Origin: Seison nebaliae
Taxonomy: Eukaryota
DNA length: 64,000 bases
Assembly: GCA_023231475.1 (NCBI GenBank)
Contig: JALJEE010002469.1
Location: 1-64,000 of the forward strand
Direction of reading: 5' to 3'
Shown: positions 11,901-25,100 of the stretch, one piece after another
Numbering within the stretch: position 1 is the stretch's first letter
Layout: every line of letters starts with the position of its first letter
The notes under the pieces: model-generated
Seen by the model: the letters and a program-made list of their open reading frames with translations, nothing else
Databases searched by the model: none
What the model was told of the DNA's origin: nothing
Translations under genes and position numbers: made by a program

Positions 11901-14183
11901 AATGAAAAATAAGTTTAACGAGATAGAATATGGGAAATTTATTGAGAATATATATTTTTCTATTATTTTTGTTCTTTTTAATTGTTTTAATAAATTTTTA
12001 ACTAACATCAATTTTTTCATTTTTTTAAACGATTTTCTTTTTATTGTGGAAGAATAATAAATTTAATAATTGAAGATAAAAATGCCCATTTCAAATCAAT
12101 CTACTTCTAATTACTATTTCTCACTTATGCAATGCTCATTTGTCTTCATGGTTCCTTTAAATGACGCTGCTTTTATCCCTATTACTCTTTTGTCCTTCTT
12201 CAATTGATATACTTATCAATGTATCATTATACGTTGACAGCCGATTAAGGCAAGAAATGTTATTGAGATATAATAGAAAAATTTGATAATAGTCCTAATT
12301 AAGAATTTAAGAGGAGATTACGCAGCATAATGGAATTATTCAAATCGTAAAATAATAATAATAGATTATTTCCCTAAAACTGATGATTCGTTTTAAAAGT
12401 TAAAATTAATTCTTATTAAATATAAAAAAACAAATTAATATTAAAATGAATGATTTTCAAAAACTATTTCGAAAAAGTTTATTCACAATTTGTCAGATTG
12501 AAAAATAAACACTTTTATATTTCCCATCGAGAAAAGGTTCGTTAACCGATTAGTAAATGAAATCGACGACGAATATTTGTTATTCGAACATATACTAATT
12601 AGATGACTTACATCTGCAATTAATTAAGTTTCATATATTAGCGAAGAGAAATATATTTCTTAAATTATCTTTCTTGTTCATTATTAGATATTTAATCGTC
12701 CATTAACAATCATTATTAACAAGAATCATAATAATTATTACTTGACATGTTATTTTCGATTCCGTGAAATTTTCGAACTTTCGATTAGGTAAGGAAGTAT
12801 AAATGGTATCAAGTTGAGCGATAATCAATGACCATTCTAAATGAGAAGTCGATTCCTCTGATTGAGAGAATATTAATTACTATTGAATATTTTGCATACT
12901 CCAAAAATGATTAACATTATATAATCATAGGCGATTATCCTTCCAAGATTATACATCTTTTCATAAATGAAATCACCTCTCCAATCATCTTGTTCAATAA
13001 ACATTTCGATCTAAATGGAATTTTTTTACATTCTTCTCTAGTTATTTCCTTGATGATTTTTTACGTAAATTGTGACATGATAAAAGTAATTTCTTATTCG
13101 AAATGTTAATAAGCTTAGATACTCTCCTAAAGTTAAGTGTCATTCAAAAAGAAAAAATCATTGGAAATAATCACTTTCAGTTGAACAAAGAAAGACGAAT
13201 AAATGGCAAGAATGAAGATCTTGTTAACGTACATCATTCTAATAAAAGGAGATATGAACGAAATACTCTTGTTAATCTAATTGAGAGTCAGGTAACTTTC
13301 ATCTATCGTTTGGATGTGAGATGAATTATGTTGAACTTAAAGAAAATTTTATAGAGTTTTTTAGCTATCCCAAATTCCGAATGAGAGTGTCATATAAATC
13401 TCACAACACTAATTTTGAAGTCGTCCTTTATAAAAATGATGTGATAGAAAATTTCGGGAAACCAATTTCCTTTCCTTTGATTGTGAGCGATGGAAGAAAC
13501 TTGTATTTGGTTGCGAATGGAATTATTATGGTAAACGAATTCTTTTTAAGGATTAGAGTTTTGTTGATGATTCGTAAATTGAAAAAAAAAATGTTTTGGA
13601 AAAACAAGTTGATTGTTGAACACGAAGTATGTATAATGCTTCAAAAAATTTGACTGAAAAGAAGAAATAATAAGAGGAAAGAAAAATATAGTCGATTGAT
13701 GACGGCGAGAACGGTCGAGAATAAAGAGTATTTGAATGTGACATGTGTTATGTTGTGAGGGGAAGGAGAGAGGGGGAGACTATGAAATAATAATCTTTTA
13801 TCATTGATAATGAATCGAAATGTTATCACAATAATAAGAAGTAGCAGAATAATATAACCAGAAGAAGGAGAAAAATACTTTTTTTGCATTAATTAAGATG
13901 AACAATATTTTCGTATTCTTCCATCAATCAGAGAGCAATATTCGATTTTGCCTTTTCTGAATAGTGATGAGGTTAGTTCCAACTTATTTCTTTCTTCTTT
14001 ATTATTTTTTATTGACGATTTAAAGCGTGCATTCGTTTCTTTGACATAAAGCATTGCTCATCATTAAATCATGAGACATATCGGATAAATTTAGTTCCAT
14101 TGTCTCCCTACTCCCTTCCTCTTCCCCTCCCATACACTCTCTCCGTCTTCTTCTTCTTCTCCTTATTCTTCTTCTTCTGACCC

Positions 14184-16103
14184 TTATCGACACATTGATA
14201 ATGACCATTCACGTGACGTCGAGCCATGATTGTTTTTACAACGAATTCTCTTATTGCCGAACCAGTTGGAAACCTATCGAGACGGTTTATTGTGTGAATA
14301 ATATTATGTATTCTGTTGATTAATCAATTACTCAATCATTTCCAATGATAAATATATGAATATGGTCAATTTCTATGATAATTCATCTTAATGATTATTG
14401 TCAATTGAAATCTTCTCATTCATTCAAATTCTAATTTTTAATTCCTTCTCAATCCCATTGTTCCTTCAATCAAATTATTTCATGAAAGAGAGACGACGTA
14501 GGAAATACGAATTAACGAACAAACAACTACTAAACTCCATCATATTTACATTTATTTTTTTATTAAATTTCTCTTAAATCTTCTCATAATTTATTTCCAT
14601 CATTATCTCATAGCTGGTTCCTTCTTTCCAATTAACTTCTAATTCTGGTCATGTGAGCGATGGCTTATGTGAGAATGAAAGAAATAATCCTCATAATTCC
14701 AATCGTTATGTTTAGACTACGAGAACAGAATAATTATGCTGACAGACTCATCTAATTTGTTTGGAGCCGAAATATTCTAAAAGATACATTCGAAAAATAG
14801 TTAACATCATTCAGAAAACACTTTCCTGGTTTCAATATCATTCTTTCATTCCCGTTTTTTTCTTCAAATTCTTAGAATAGGTCTACATTTAAGTAGATAG
14901 ATTCAAGTCTTACATCATTTTCATGTGTTACTTACATGTTAGAAAAAAAATTATTCCTATGATCATCGATGAAATTATTGTTTCTTCAAATACAGACCTG
15001 TGCGACGCTGATTCCACATTGGTCCGCCAGTTCTCGCTTAGTCTTCTCACTGGGATAGGCACTACGTCGAAATGATTTGTTGAGAAGTTGGGTGACATTA
15101 TGGGAGAAGTTCCTGCGCAATTTCCTGATGGGAGTGAGGAAGAAATGAATATGATATCTCCCAATTATTTCCTAACCGTCGATCTGTCCGTTCCATGTTG
15201 TATTGAATGAGTAGTGTGGAGAATTTCTTCCTGAGTTCTAATCGCACGTTCAAAAATTCGTCATTCATCCACTTCGATATTCGATTTATTGCGTCTGAGT
15301 CTATCGGCCGAAATATTGCTTGTTCTTTCAGAATTTTTTGAACATGTTTCATAAAGAATCGTTGTCGCTGTGAAAATGAAACGAATGAATTATTTGTGAG
15401 GAAAATGTTGAACTCGAACTATAAGTGTATCGTTTAATTGGAATTCCTTTATCGCATCGATCATTTTCCCGTTTTTCCTATAACTAAAAATTTGTTCGCC
15501 ATGTTCGAGAGATTTGCGTCGCGATGCTTGAATTAGACAATTAAAATTATTCAATTTCAATTGCATCTCATCTTCACTCGAATTATCATTCGGTTCGGTC
15601 GTCAGTGTATTGTGTCGTTTTTGAAAATCATCTTTCAAAATTTCGTACGTTATCTGAAGCAGTTGAGGGGGGAGAGTTTCTTTGAATTGTTCATGATATT
15701 CGCTGTCGAGCAGTTTCTTTATTTCCATGTTATTTTTATTCAGTTGATTGTACATATACTCTATCCATTTATTTCGCTTTTCCTCCTTCTCATTCGTGAT
15801 GAGTGATGATAATCCTGGTGATGGTTTCCAAAATGATGCTGATATGTCTGGTGGTTGATACGGTGATAAAGCTAATGATGATGATAATGATGGTGATGAT
15901 ATTTCTTGACAAGGTGAGAATAATGTATTTGATGGGTATAGTGTCCATGATGGTGAGGATGATGGTAGAAATGATGGTGGATTAAAGGAGAAAGGTTTGA
16001 ATGATTCATTATCAGGTGTTGACCAAATGTCATATTGGAGAATATCGTCGATATCCGCTGAATAATTAGGCGAAGTAGCTAGATAATTAGTTTCATGATC
16101 CAT
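14184..16103 (-). CDS. PBX: Divergent PBX/extradenticle-family homeobox protein (about 363 aa). Exons 16103-15420, 15367-15177, 15124-14998, 14273-14184
   Basis: PBC-B-like HVQKILKEQAIFRPI (PBX: HVMNLLREQSRTRPI). The spliced homeodomain RKLRRNFSHNVTQLLNKSFRRSAYPSEKTKRELADQCGISVAQ|VSNWFGNKRIRCKNN carries the PBX-diagnostic WFGNKRIR. All three GT-AG introns (52, 52, 724 nt) keep frame. Confidence 0.88.
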
Positions 16104-16242
16104 TTCGATAATTTCCCATTATTCTTCGAACAGACACAACAAGGGAGAGAAATGAAATTTATATTTAAAAAAAAGAAAGAAAATAATGACGCTTTAAATA
16201 TCGTACGACTGACATCAGCAAAAAAAAATTTATTTTGACAAT

Positions 16243-17324
16243 TTATGTCAACGAAAAGAAAATGTTGTTGAGATTTTCAAATGGAATTTCTCGATGTTCA
16301 TCTTCGAATTTTATGAAATTGTTCAAATCGCTTGATAAGTTGTATGATCGTCCGTTCAACTCATATGATTCATAAGATTGTGGTATATTGATCAACAATC
16401 TCTTCAGTAAAATCTCATAAGTAAATAGAAAAAAATTGTGGTCAGACATCTCCCCATTACACAATTCTTCGATGGGAATACTCACCATTCCATCGTCATC
16501 TTCGAATAAAATGTCTAATCGACTTCTTCTCATTCGATTCGTTTTCTTCTTCGCCACCACCACCAATGCATCGACATCAACGATTGTTGTTTCCACTTCA
16601 TCGTTCCCGACATCTCTCACCACGAAATTGTTGTCATTAAAATCCATCAAATAAATGGAATGTTGTGATGATTTGTTTTGGAGATCGTGGAAATTCCTCC
16701 AAATATGACCAGCAATTTTTATCTGTAATGGAAATTCGTAAAAGTATTTTTCCGTAAATTTAGATAAACTTTTTTTGAAAATGATGATTCATAAAAGTTG
16801 TCGAGACTATCACCACATTTTTCGGTTATGAGTAAATTATTACAAATGGCACGATATTTGGGAAATGGCCACCCGGCTGAATTGGGAAACATCGTCAAGA
16901 TGAATGGTGAAATATTTCCATATAAATGTTTCATCATTTCTGATCTAGTTGAATTAGGAAAGATTTGCTCGTTAATTTTATATAATTCCGACAATGAATT
17001 CGAACAACTGAAATGGATATTTCTTTCGAATAATTCCCCGTCATTCATCAATAGATCTTCGATTGTCAATGGAGATTGAACATTCATAAATGATTGTTTT
17101 CCTATTAATCCGTCATTCAAATGAAGAAGAATTCGACCGAAACCAAATTTCCACAATCTCTCCCAAACTAAGGGCAAATGGAAGAGAAGTGAATGAGAAT
17201 TATTTTTGAAAATTTCTTCACACGTTTCATTTCCATTCGAAAATTTCTTATTCAAATACAAATAAAATCGATGAGAAATGATCAGAATGATAATAGGAAA
17301 TAAAATGATCAACGAAGATTTCAT
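16243..17324 (-). CDS. DIPK2A: Divergent protein kinase domain 2A-like (C3orf58/DIA1) secretory-pathway protein, about 344 aa. Intron 16769-16723
   Basis: N-terminal hydrophobic segment and the motifs GWPFPKYRAIC, IYLMDFNDNNFVV, IVDVDALVV and LC...SDHN, which match DIPK2A/B. Confidence 0.75.
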
Positions 17325-17528
17325 GGAATTGAGGAGGGAAATTTAGGAGGAACATTTCTAATGAATAGAAAAAATTTAGTTTAGAAGAAGAATGGGAAGA
17401 AAGACATCAGGTTTGATAATTGAATAATTTATTAGTTAAATTAATCGAAAAAAATTAAATAGATTAATTAAATAGATGAATTAAATAGAATAATGTTTTA
17501 GTCGAAAATTTTGCTATTTTCCAACTGT

Positions 17529-18881
17529 TTAATGACGTTGATTTTTCATCTTCATCATTTTCATTATTTCTGGAACTTCCATATCACCTTTGACGATTTT
17601 GTTATTTAAATCATTTGTGAATTCTTTGAATTCGGCAAAAGTGAATGGACGGCCATTAGGGAGGACAGTATCGTCGACACCATCAGTTCTCATTCGTTGT
17701 TTAATTTCTTCCATCATTTGGTGAGTTGGTTGAGGTAAATTTAATTGTCGTCGCTCGAACTCTTTCACTTCGCCGAATTGTGTTAGAAGTTTGTTGATTT
17801 TCTTCAAAAGGATCGGATCAATATCTGCTTCCTCCACATTCTTCATTTCTTTTTTGATTTTTTCAATGAGAACTTTAACTTTCTCGTTCGTTTTCATTTC
17901 TCGTTTCTTCATCTCTTTCACTTGTCCTTTGATTTCCTCTTTCGTTTCTTTCACTTTCTTCTCATTCTTCGTCTCTTCCACAATTCGTTTGATGACTTCT
18001 TTGAGATCTTCAATTTTCAATTTATCATCTTTTACAACTTCGTCTTTCTCTTCGTCGATTTTCTTCTTCAATAATTCTCGTACATTAATTTCTTGAGCAA
18101 CTTGATCATATACCTCTTCCACTTTCATTGGAACTGGTTTCATAGTGGTCGTTTGATACACTTTACTTTCGACCAACATATCATCATCGAAGATTCGATC
18201 CATTTTCTCTTCCAATAAATCAATTTCATTATTGATGACATTGATGATTCTTGCATCTCGTGCAACATCCTCGTTCAACATATTTCGAATAAAGAAATAT
18301 TTATTCAATTTAGTTTTGATACAGAAAACTATTCGACATGTCTTCATCATTTTCAAAATGGCTTGTTTCTCTTCTACGCTCGTTGCATCGATGAATTTCT
18401 CGTGCAATTTGATCATTTTGTTTGAAAAGAATTTCCATTGGGAAAAGAATGGAACTTTCTTCGATTTCAATTTCTCGACAATTTCCGATTTCTTTTCATC
18501 GATCATATTTCGAACATTCTTTATCTTCATTTTCAATTCCTTCATTTCCTCATTGTCTTTAGCGACGAATTCGGTGCTCATGACGCGCTCCTCTACTTCT
18601 CCTAATTTATCCAATTTCTGGATCAATTTCTCCGTTTTCTTCATTTCAGTTTCCGTAATTTCTGGAACTTCTTTGAATTCAACCATATCTTCATCTTCAT
18701 CGTCATCCATATCATCTTCTTTCAATTCTTTCGGCACTATGTCCACTAAAACATCTTTCTTCGTCTCTTCCATAATTTCTTTCACCAATTCTTTCACCAA
18801 CTTGTCTTTGGGAATTTCAACCTTGGTTTCCGAGAACGCCGCACAACATAATGCCAAACCGAATAGAATGATAATCTTCAT
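17529..18881 (-). CDS. Secreted K/E/M-rich coiled-coil protein of unknown function, 450 aa, single exon
   Basis: Uninterrupted ORF, signal peptide MKIIILFGLALCCAAFS, helical composition and an upstream TATA box. Confidence 0.85.
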   Translation of the reverse strand: MKIIILFGLALCCAAFSETKVEIPKDKLVKELVKEIMEETKKDVLVDIVPKELKEDDMDDDEDEDMVEFKEVPEITETEMKKTEKLIQKLDKLGEVEERVMSTEFVAKDNEEMKELKMKIKNVRNMIDEKKSEIVEKLKSKKVPFFSQWKFFSNKMIKLHEKFIDATSVEEKQAILKMMKTCRIVFCIKTKLNKYFFIRNMLNEDVARDARIINVINNEIDLLEEKMDRIFDDDMLVESKVYQTTTMKPVPMKVEEVYDQVAQEINVRELLKKKIDEEKDEVVKDDKLKIEDLKEVIKRIVEETKNEKKVKETKEEIKGQVKEMKKREMKTNEKVKVLIEKIKKEMKNVEEADIDPILLKKINKLLTQFGEVKEFERRQLNLPQPTHQMMEEIKQRMRTDGVDDTVLPNGRPFTFAEFKEFTNDLNNKIVKGDMEVPEIMKMMKMKNQRH

Positions 18882-18950
18882 ATTTTCAATACTGAATTGT
18901 CAATTAAGAGAAATAAAAGAATGCTTACTTCTTAATCCAATTCAGACAAG

Positions 18951-18958
18951 TTTATATA
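18951..18958 (-). promoter_or_regulatory. TATA box (TATATAAA) of the secreted-protein gene
   Basis: Lies 70 nt upstream of the ATG, with a GCATTC initiator-like element about 30 nt downstream. Confidence 0.55.
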
Positions 18959-21150
18959 GTAATTGATCGCTGATTCATTTAACTGTCATACTGTACATGT
19001 TCCTATCGTATTTTACACGAAATTCACTTTTCTACCAGTTCGATATGACCAAATTGAGAATTCGATGATTTTTGACATGTTTTACCATTCTTTCTTTTAT
19101 TTTCTCTCGTACCAATCAACTTTTCGAGAATTCTAAATTAACTCTAAATCATTTCTACATTGATTCTCATGCTTCCTACTTCTCAATTTGTTATTTCATT
19201 TCATTTTCTCACCATGTCATTTCCTTCTGTGTCTTTTTTGTTCTTCTGAAATTATTGTCAAACGGAATTCACTGGAACAAGAAAGAATAAGATCCATTTA
19301 TTTCGATATCATTCAAATTCAATAATTAAAATTCGATCCACGATAAAAAAAATCAATTTTGCTTTTCTTTCTCATTTGTTAACAATCATTAATTATGATA
19401 ATTACCCATTAAACATGATGATAATCAAGGATCTGTGTGGGAGATCAATATCGTCATTTTTAATTAATATCTAAAACAGCCAGTTATTAAGTTAAATATC
19501 AGAATGAATCCATTTTTTAAAGTTATTTTTATCATTCCATGGAGTTTCCATGTAATACTGGGTAGTGGTAATATAGTACAGAAACCCCATTGTTTACAGT
19601 TCCACTTACTCCAGTCAACAATACATAATTGATGATAAGAATGAAAAAATAAAAACAGTTTCTTCTACCACTATTAACACGACTAAATTTCCCAAATAAA
19701 CAAGAGTTTAAAATATTAATAATGTAGCTAATGTAGCTAATGCTTTTTCCGTGATATTCTAAAGGATTTTCGAGGATTCTTTTAAAGAAACATTTCCTCA
19801 ACATGATCTGAGCGTAACCTGATATAATGGGACATAGATTGTTACACGAAATTATCAGTTAAACGTTAAAAATAATTAGAAGGAAAGAGAATTAATAAGA
19901 GAAATGAGAATTTCAATTAAGAACGTCATCAATATTTTAGTGGGGGTACGTTAAGGTAACAGATGGAGGGTATGTATATATGGAGAGAGAGAGATAAAAA
20001 GGAAGATAATCATTTTTAAATGATATTCAATCAATCAAGGTTAGACAATATTCAATTGGAATTCTCTTTGTTCATTCGACATGATTACTCTTCAACTTCA
20101 TTTAACTAACACACACAGACACCAACGTTCTCATACGAAATAACATTGACATGACCAGATCAGAAAACGAATGTCTCTTTATGTGAAAATAAAGGAACAT
20201 TATGTTAGAGACCCATCGAACTTATTTCGAACGATGGCAATACTATATCGAACTCTTCGTTTTCTCTAAAATATGTCTCTTTTAGAAAGAAAAGAATTTT
20301 GATACATATTTGTTCGTTAAACATAACTCTCAATTATATAATATTCAGCATGATTATGATGATGATGACAATAATATCACTTCCATTCAATGCTATTCAT
20401 TTTTGATCAACCATATTGATTTTGAAATGATTCGTCACTTCGAGAAGATGAATGAGAGAGAAAAATAATTGATGCAGAACAAAGTTTCATGAAGTGTGAC
20501 GATTCACATTTGACATTTGGATGAAATCGGATCAATTCATTTTTTATCAGAATTAAGTATATCATTATGAATATTATTCTTATTTGAGATTCGAAATGCA
20601 ATTCCTCAAAATTCCTCAGGAGAAAACCATTTTTCTTAAACTATAGAAAACGCGGAATAATAGAATAAATTGGAATAAACGATAGATAAATGGGATTCTG
20701 ATAACTGATATAATTTCTTTGAAATCATTCTTATTTATTCATCATTCTTCGATCACAAGATCTTGATGACATTGATCTTGAACTTTCTGTGGTTCCATTT
20801 CCTTTCTCGAAACTGATATTTGTCTGATTTTCCCATTTTTTGATTCCTTTTTAACTTTTTATTATTATTTTCACTCAACGATGATCTAAAATGAGGAATT
20901 GTTACCTTCCTATCATCTTTCGAGAATTATATTTCAATTATGTTAACTCCTTTATTTAATTCATTTAATTCAATTAAAGTTTTCATGATGGAAAAAACGT
21001 TTTCTGTTCAAAAGAGGAATAATAATTTTGTAATTGGAAGAAATTGATATGATTGTAATTCTGCTTATTTCATAATATGATTCATTTTCTCATCATAAAA
21101 TTAGCAGAGAATTTTCTTGAAAATATTACCGGGAAATTTAGAGATTGATA

Positions 21151-21300
21151 ATGGTAGAAGGATGGGACATGAATGGCAATGTGGTGGTTGGCATAGCAAC
21201 ACCTTTTATTCTTCTTTGTTTGTTATTGGGATCGATATTGATTGGAATAAAAGTTTATAAGAGAATGTATAAACATAAACATACGAGAACCACCGAATAA
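21151..21300 (+). CDS. Small single-pass membrane protein (49 aa), or the terminal exon of one
   Basis: MVEGWDMNGNVVVGIATPFILLCLLLGSILIGIKVYKRMYKHKHTRTTE*: a hydrophobic helix followed by a basic cluster. It falls below the ORF-track cutoff. Confidence 0.5.
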   Translation: MVEGWDMNGNVVVGIATPFILLCLLLGSILIGIKVYKRMYKHKHTRTTE

Positions 21301-22169
21301 AATGCGCAAATTAATTGGAATTATTTTTATTTATTTCCTTCTCATCTTCAATTCGTTTTTATTCATCCACCAATTTTTCTAGTTCAGAAGAGAAATGGGC
21401 ACATAGCCGACACTGTTTCTCAAATAAACATTTTCTAATTTATTCCAATTTTTTCAATTTAACTTCTTTGGAAATTATCAACACTTCATTCAACTATTCG
21501 ACCATTCGAAGAATAAGAAAACATATTAGCTATTTGCCAGATTGCACGAAAATGGAAAACCGTTTCGGTAAGTTATTTGACAGAGTGAAAATTAGCTTTT
21601 GGTGACACTATTATCGAGAATGTTTAATCTTAATAATACGACATCGAATATTTGGCAGTTGATTCTCATAAAGAAAATTTTAGTTTTCTATTCTACATTA
21701 ATTCTACAAACGATCTATCATACGGAATATAAGATATGAGTATTTAATACTCGGAATATTGTGAAGAGTTTAATCAAAAGCAAATGTCTTTGGAAAAAGA
21801 AAAATTCGATTTTGAATATAACTCGACGGAAAAGAAAATTATAAAAAAAATAGAGAAGAAATCTTCGCAGCAAACAAAAACAACAGTAGTATTTGTAAAA
21901 AAAGGGTAAGATTAGTCCAATCTTGAAATAAAATGGATAGAAAGAAAGATGGATAAAAGTGAAGCAACAATAAATAAATGGTAAGAAATGATAAATAATA
22001 TGACAATAATGATAAGTGTGTTTAAAAGTGGAGGAAATGGCAGTATAATTGATGGTACGTTAAACTGTTTGAGACGATCATAATTCAAAAGTTTTCTAAG
22101 AATTACAAAAGTAATTGATATAGAGTTGGTGCTTTCGTTTAGTTTTCGATTCGGTTACTCGTTTCATAT

Positions 22170-25100
22170 TTAGTCCGATTTCTTCCTATTCTTAAAATGA
22201 TAGATTTCCATATTATTCTTTCCTTTGATGAACATTTCACCACGATATTCAAACTCGTAATACGGAGCTAAACGTTCAGCAACATTCTTTGGAACTTGAA
22301 TTTTCCCAACATGTCCATTGGAGCACATGCGACTCGCCACATTCACTGTATCTCCCCAGATATCATACGACGGTTTTTGCCCGATAATACCGGCAACTAC
22401 TGGTCCAGAATTGTAACCGATCCTCATCGTCATCGGAGAGGAAGACGGAAGGAAACTCAACATTTGTCCATTAATTTCATTCTCCATTTTCTCCAACATT
22501 TCTATGGCAAATTCCATGACACATATCAGATTCTGGTCATCCAATTTCCTTCTTTCTTCGTCGTCATCAATCTCGTCAATAGCAGGATTTAATCCCGTCG
22601 CCACCATTAATACACTGCCAATCGTCTTAATTTTAACGACGTCCTTATATTTCTCTTGATCGAGCAATTGTTCCAATTCACCGATAATCTCGTTTAACAA
22701 TCTCAAATATTCGATACCATCTTTATATGATTCTTCATAGAGATCGAAGAAATTCATGTCAGCAAATACAACGGCTGCACAATGAGCATATTTCGAATAT
22801 AATCGTGGTGTGTCGAGACTGGTCATCTTCTCTCGTTCTCGACCCCATTCACTGTCGATGATATATGATGGAAGACATTGACGTAATAATTCGTCGGCTT
22901 GTTGTGTTTCATTCTGTCGGAGACGTTGAGCAATTCTCACTTCTAATCGACTATTGAATGCCACTCGGATGTTATATTCGATGATCCAACCGATGATACA
23001 GAAAACGATAAATATGAGAATTATGGCACCAATTGCGTCGTACGTTCTCGCTCCCATTCCAAAGAATAAGGTAATCCATTCATTCTCTAACTCATTATCA
23101 CAAACGTCGAAAACGAGAAAGACGAGAATATAAATGAGAAGGAGAAGAAAAATGATGAACATCCGATAAAGGAAATGAACACCAGGTACGATTGGAAGAA
23201 TACTGACACACACTGCCATTACCATTAAAGTGATGGAGAATGTTGAATCGTCATGAGCATATTCAGTTGAGCCTAAACATGATAAGGAGCAGGATGCAAC
23301 GAAGAATGGAACGACAACCATCACCGTCAAACAAAGATAACGAAATAATAATTTCTTTGTAAAATTCGCTAAACGTTTCATATGACTATCACCCTTCCAT
23401 GCCAATACGGTGAATGTGATGAGAATAGGCAATAAAATTAGTAATCCAATTGTTGTGGAGTAGATCCAAGCCACATTATTCAACGGTAATGTGAGTGATG
23501 AAGCGAGAATGAGGAGACTAATATAAATGAAATAAGTAACAACATCTCCCAATGTACAGGATTGGACGAGCCAACTGTCACTATAAAAATTCTGTTTTAA
23601 TGTCAACACGTCATATTTGTAGAGATATTCTTCATCTCGATCTTTAAATGAGAGACATCCAATTCCGATTGGTTTCGATAAGCGAGCAATGAAATCATCC
23701 GGATTATTTAAAACTAATTCTTCATGTACTTTCATGGAGAGATCATCTTTCTTCAACAAATTCTTATTTTCCATTTCTTCATTCACCACATAATTCTTAT
23801 GCTTAGGTGACATAAATGTCGTTTCAATATCCACATGTACTCGACCATCTTCTCCAATTGTCGGTATCGTCATAATCGTACTGCCTTGACAAGCGTCGAT
23901 GTTCATCTTTCCATCCACATCAATCAATTTGGTTTCTGTCATGACACCATCACCACTACCTGCTGCTAAATCATTTTTCGTTACAATCGTATCAACAGCA
24001 ATTGGAGCACTTATTGGCTTCTTATTATTCATCTCTTGTTGTTGAGCTAATTTATCTCGTTTAGATTTCGCTACCGTTTTCTTTCCTCCTTTTCCTGCAG
24101 TACGTTTCTCCGTCGTCCGATCAACGATATTCGCCTGATCTTCATTCTCGTCCACTATCAAATATGTATCCAAACCTTTAGAAGAAAATGAAATAAATTT
24201 TGTAAAAAAATTCAAAAAATTCAAAAATTCATAATAAAGGTAAACCTCCAACATGCAGGTCTGGTATCGTACCGAAATCAACGATTGTTTTCGATTTCTC
24301 CAAATATTCGTTCATTGCATTATAAGTGAGTTGAGAGATATGGACACGTCCTAAATAATAAAATTTTTAAAAGTTTCAAAAAATTAATTTTCACCTGCAA
24401 CGCCTGATGATTCCATTTTGTTTGCGATATTCACATCATCACTGAACACATCGAATTTGTAGACGCGAGTTCCGAGAACTCCATATTTCACTTGACCGGT
24501 ATGAATGCCAACTCTCATATTAACATTATGATTGAAGACTTTATTAAATCTGAAAATTACAAGAATATTTTTAGGAGAAGTGTTGAAGGAAATGAAAACT
24601 TTTCAATTTCTTTTATCATCTCCTGTCCCATTCGAATACAACAAAGTGAATGATCATCTCGTGATTCGGGACATCCGGACACACAATAATAACAATCGCC
24701 CAAAGTGGCAATTTTGAGACATCCCGTTTGTTCACATAACAAGTCGAATCGACCGTAAAGATCGTTGAGAAGATAAACTAATCTTTCTGCATCCGTTGTA
24801 CTTGACATGCTGGTGAATCCGACGATATCAGCAAATAATATACTGACATTATCTTTCGTTTGTAATTTGAATTCGATTTCAAAACCAGAATTATGATTTG
24901 TTGATGATTCGACTTTCGTTTGACGATTCTTCAATTCGTCAATTAATTCTTTCGTTATCGCTTCACGCGATGTCTTTTGCTCTTTCAACAATTGATCCAT
25001 ATAGGATGGTGGTACAATACTCATCATTAATTGGAGTTTCTTATTCTTATTCTCAGCGATAAATTTCTTCAATTCGAAGAATTGTAATAATGAACGGAAT

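Noticed and set aside
12446..13653. Fragmentary plus-strand ORFs (including 13103-13324 and 13321-13653)
   Set aside because: Possibly a spliced orphan gene or pseudogene, but I could not build a consistent model or recognise a motif.
14020..14208. Arg-rich, protamine-like ORF
   Set aside because: It arises from a (GAA)n-like tract just past the PBX stop codon, most likely 3' UTR.
18232..18966. Long S/F/I-rich antisense ORFs here and at 6467-6835, 8531-8962, 17791-18096 and 63034-63468
   Set aside because: These are expected reverse-frame shadows of K/E-rich real genes.
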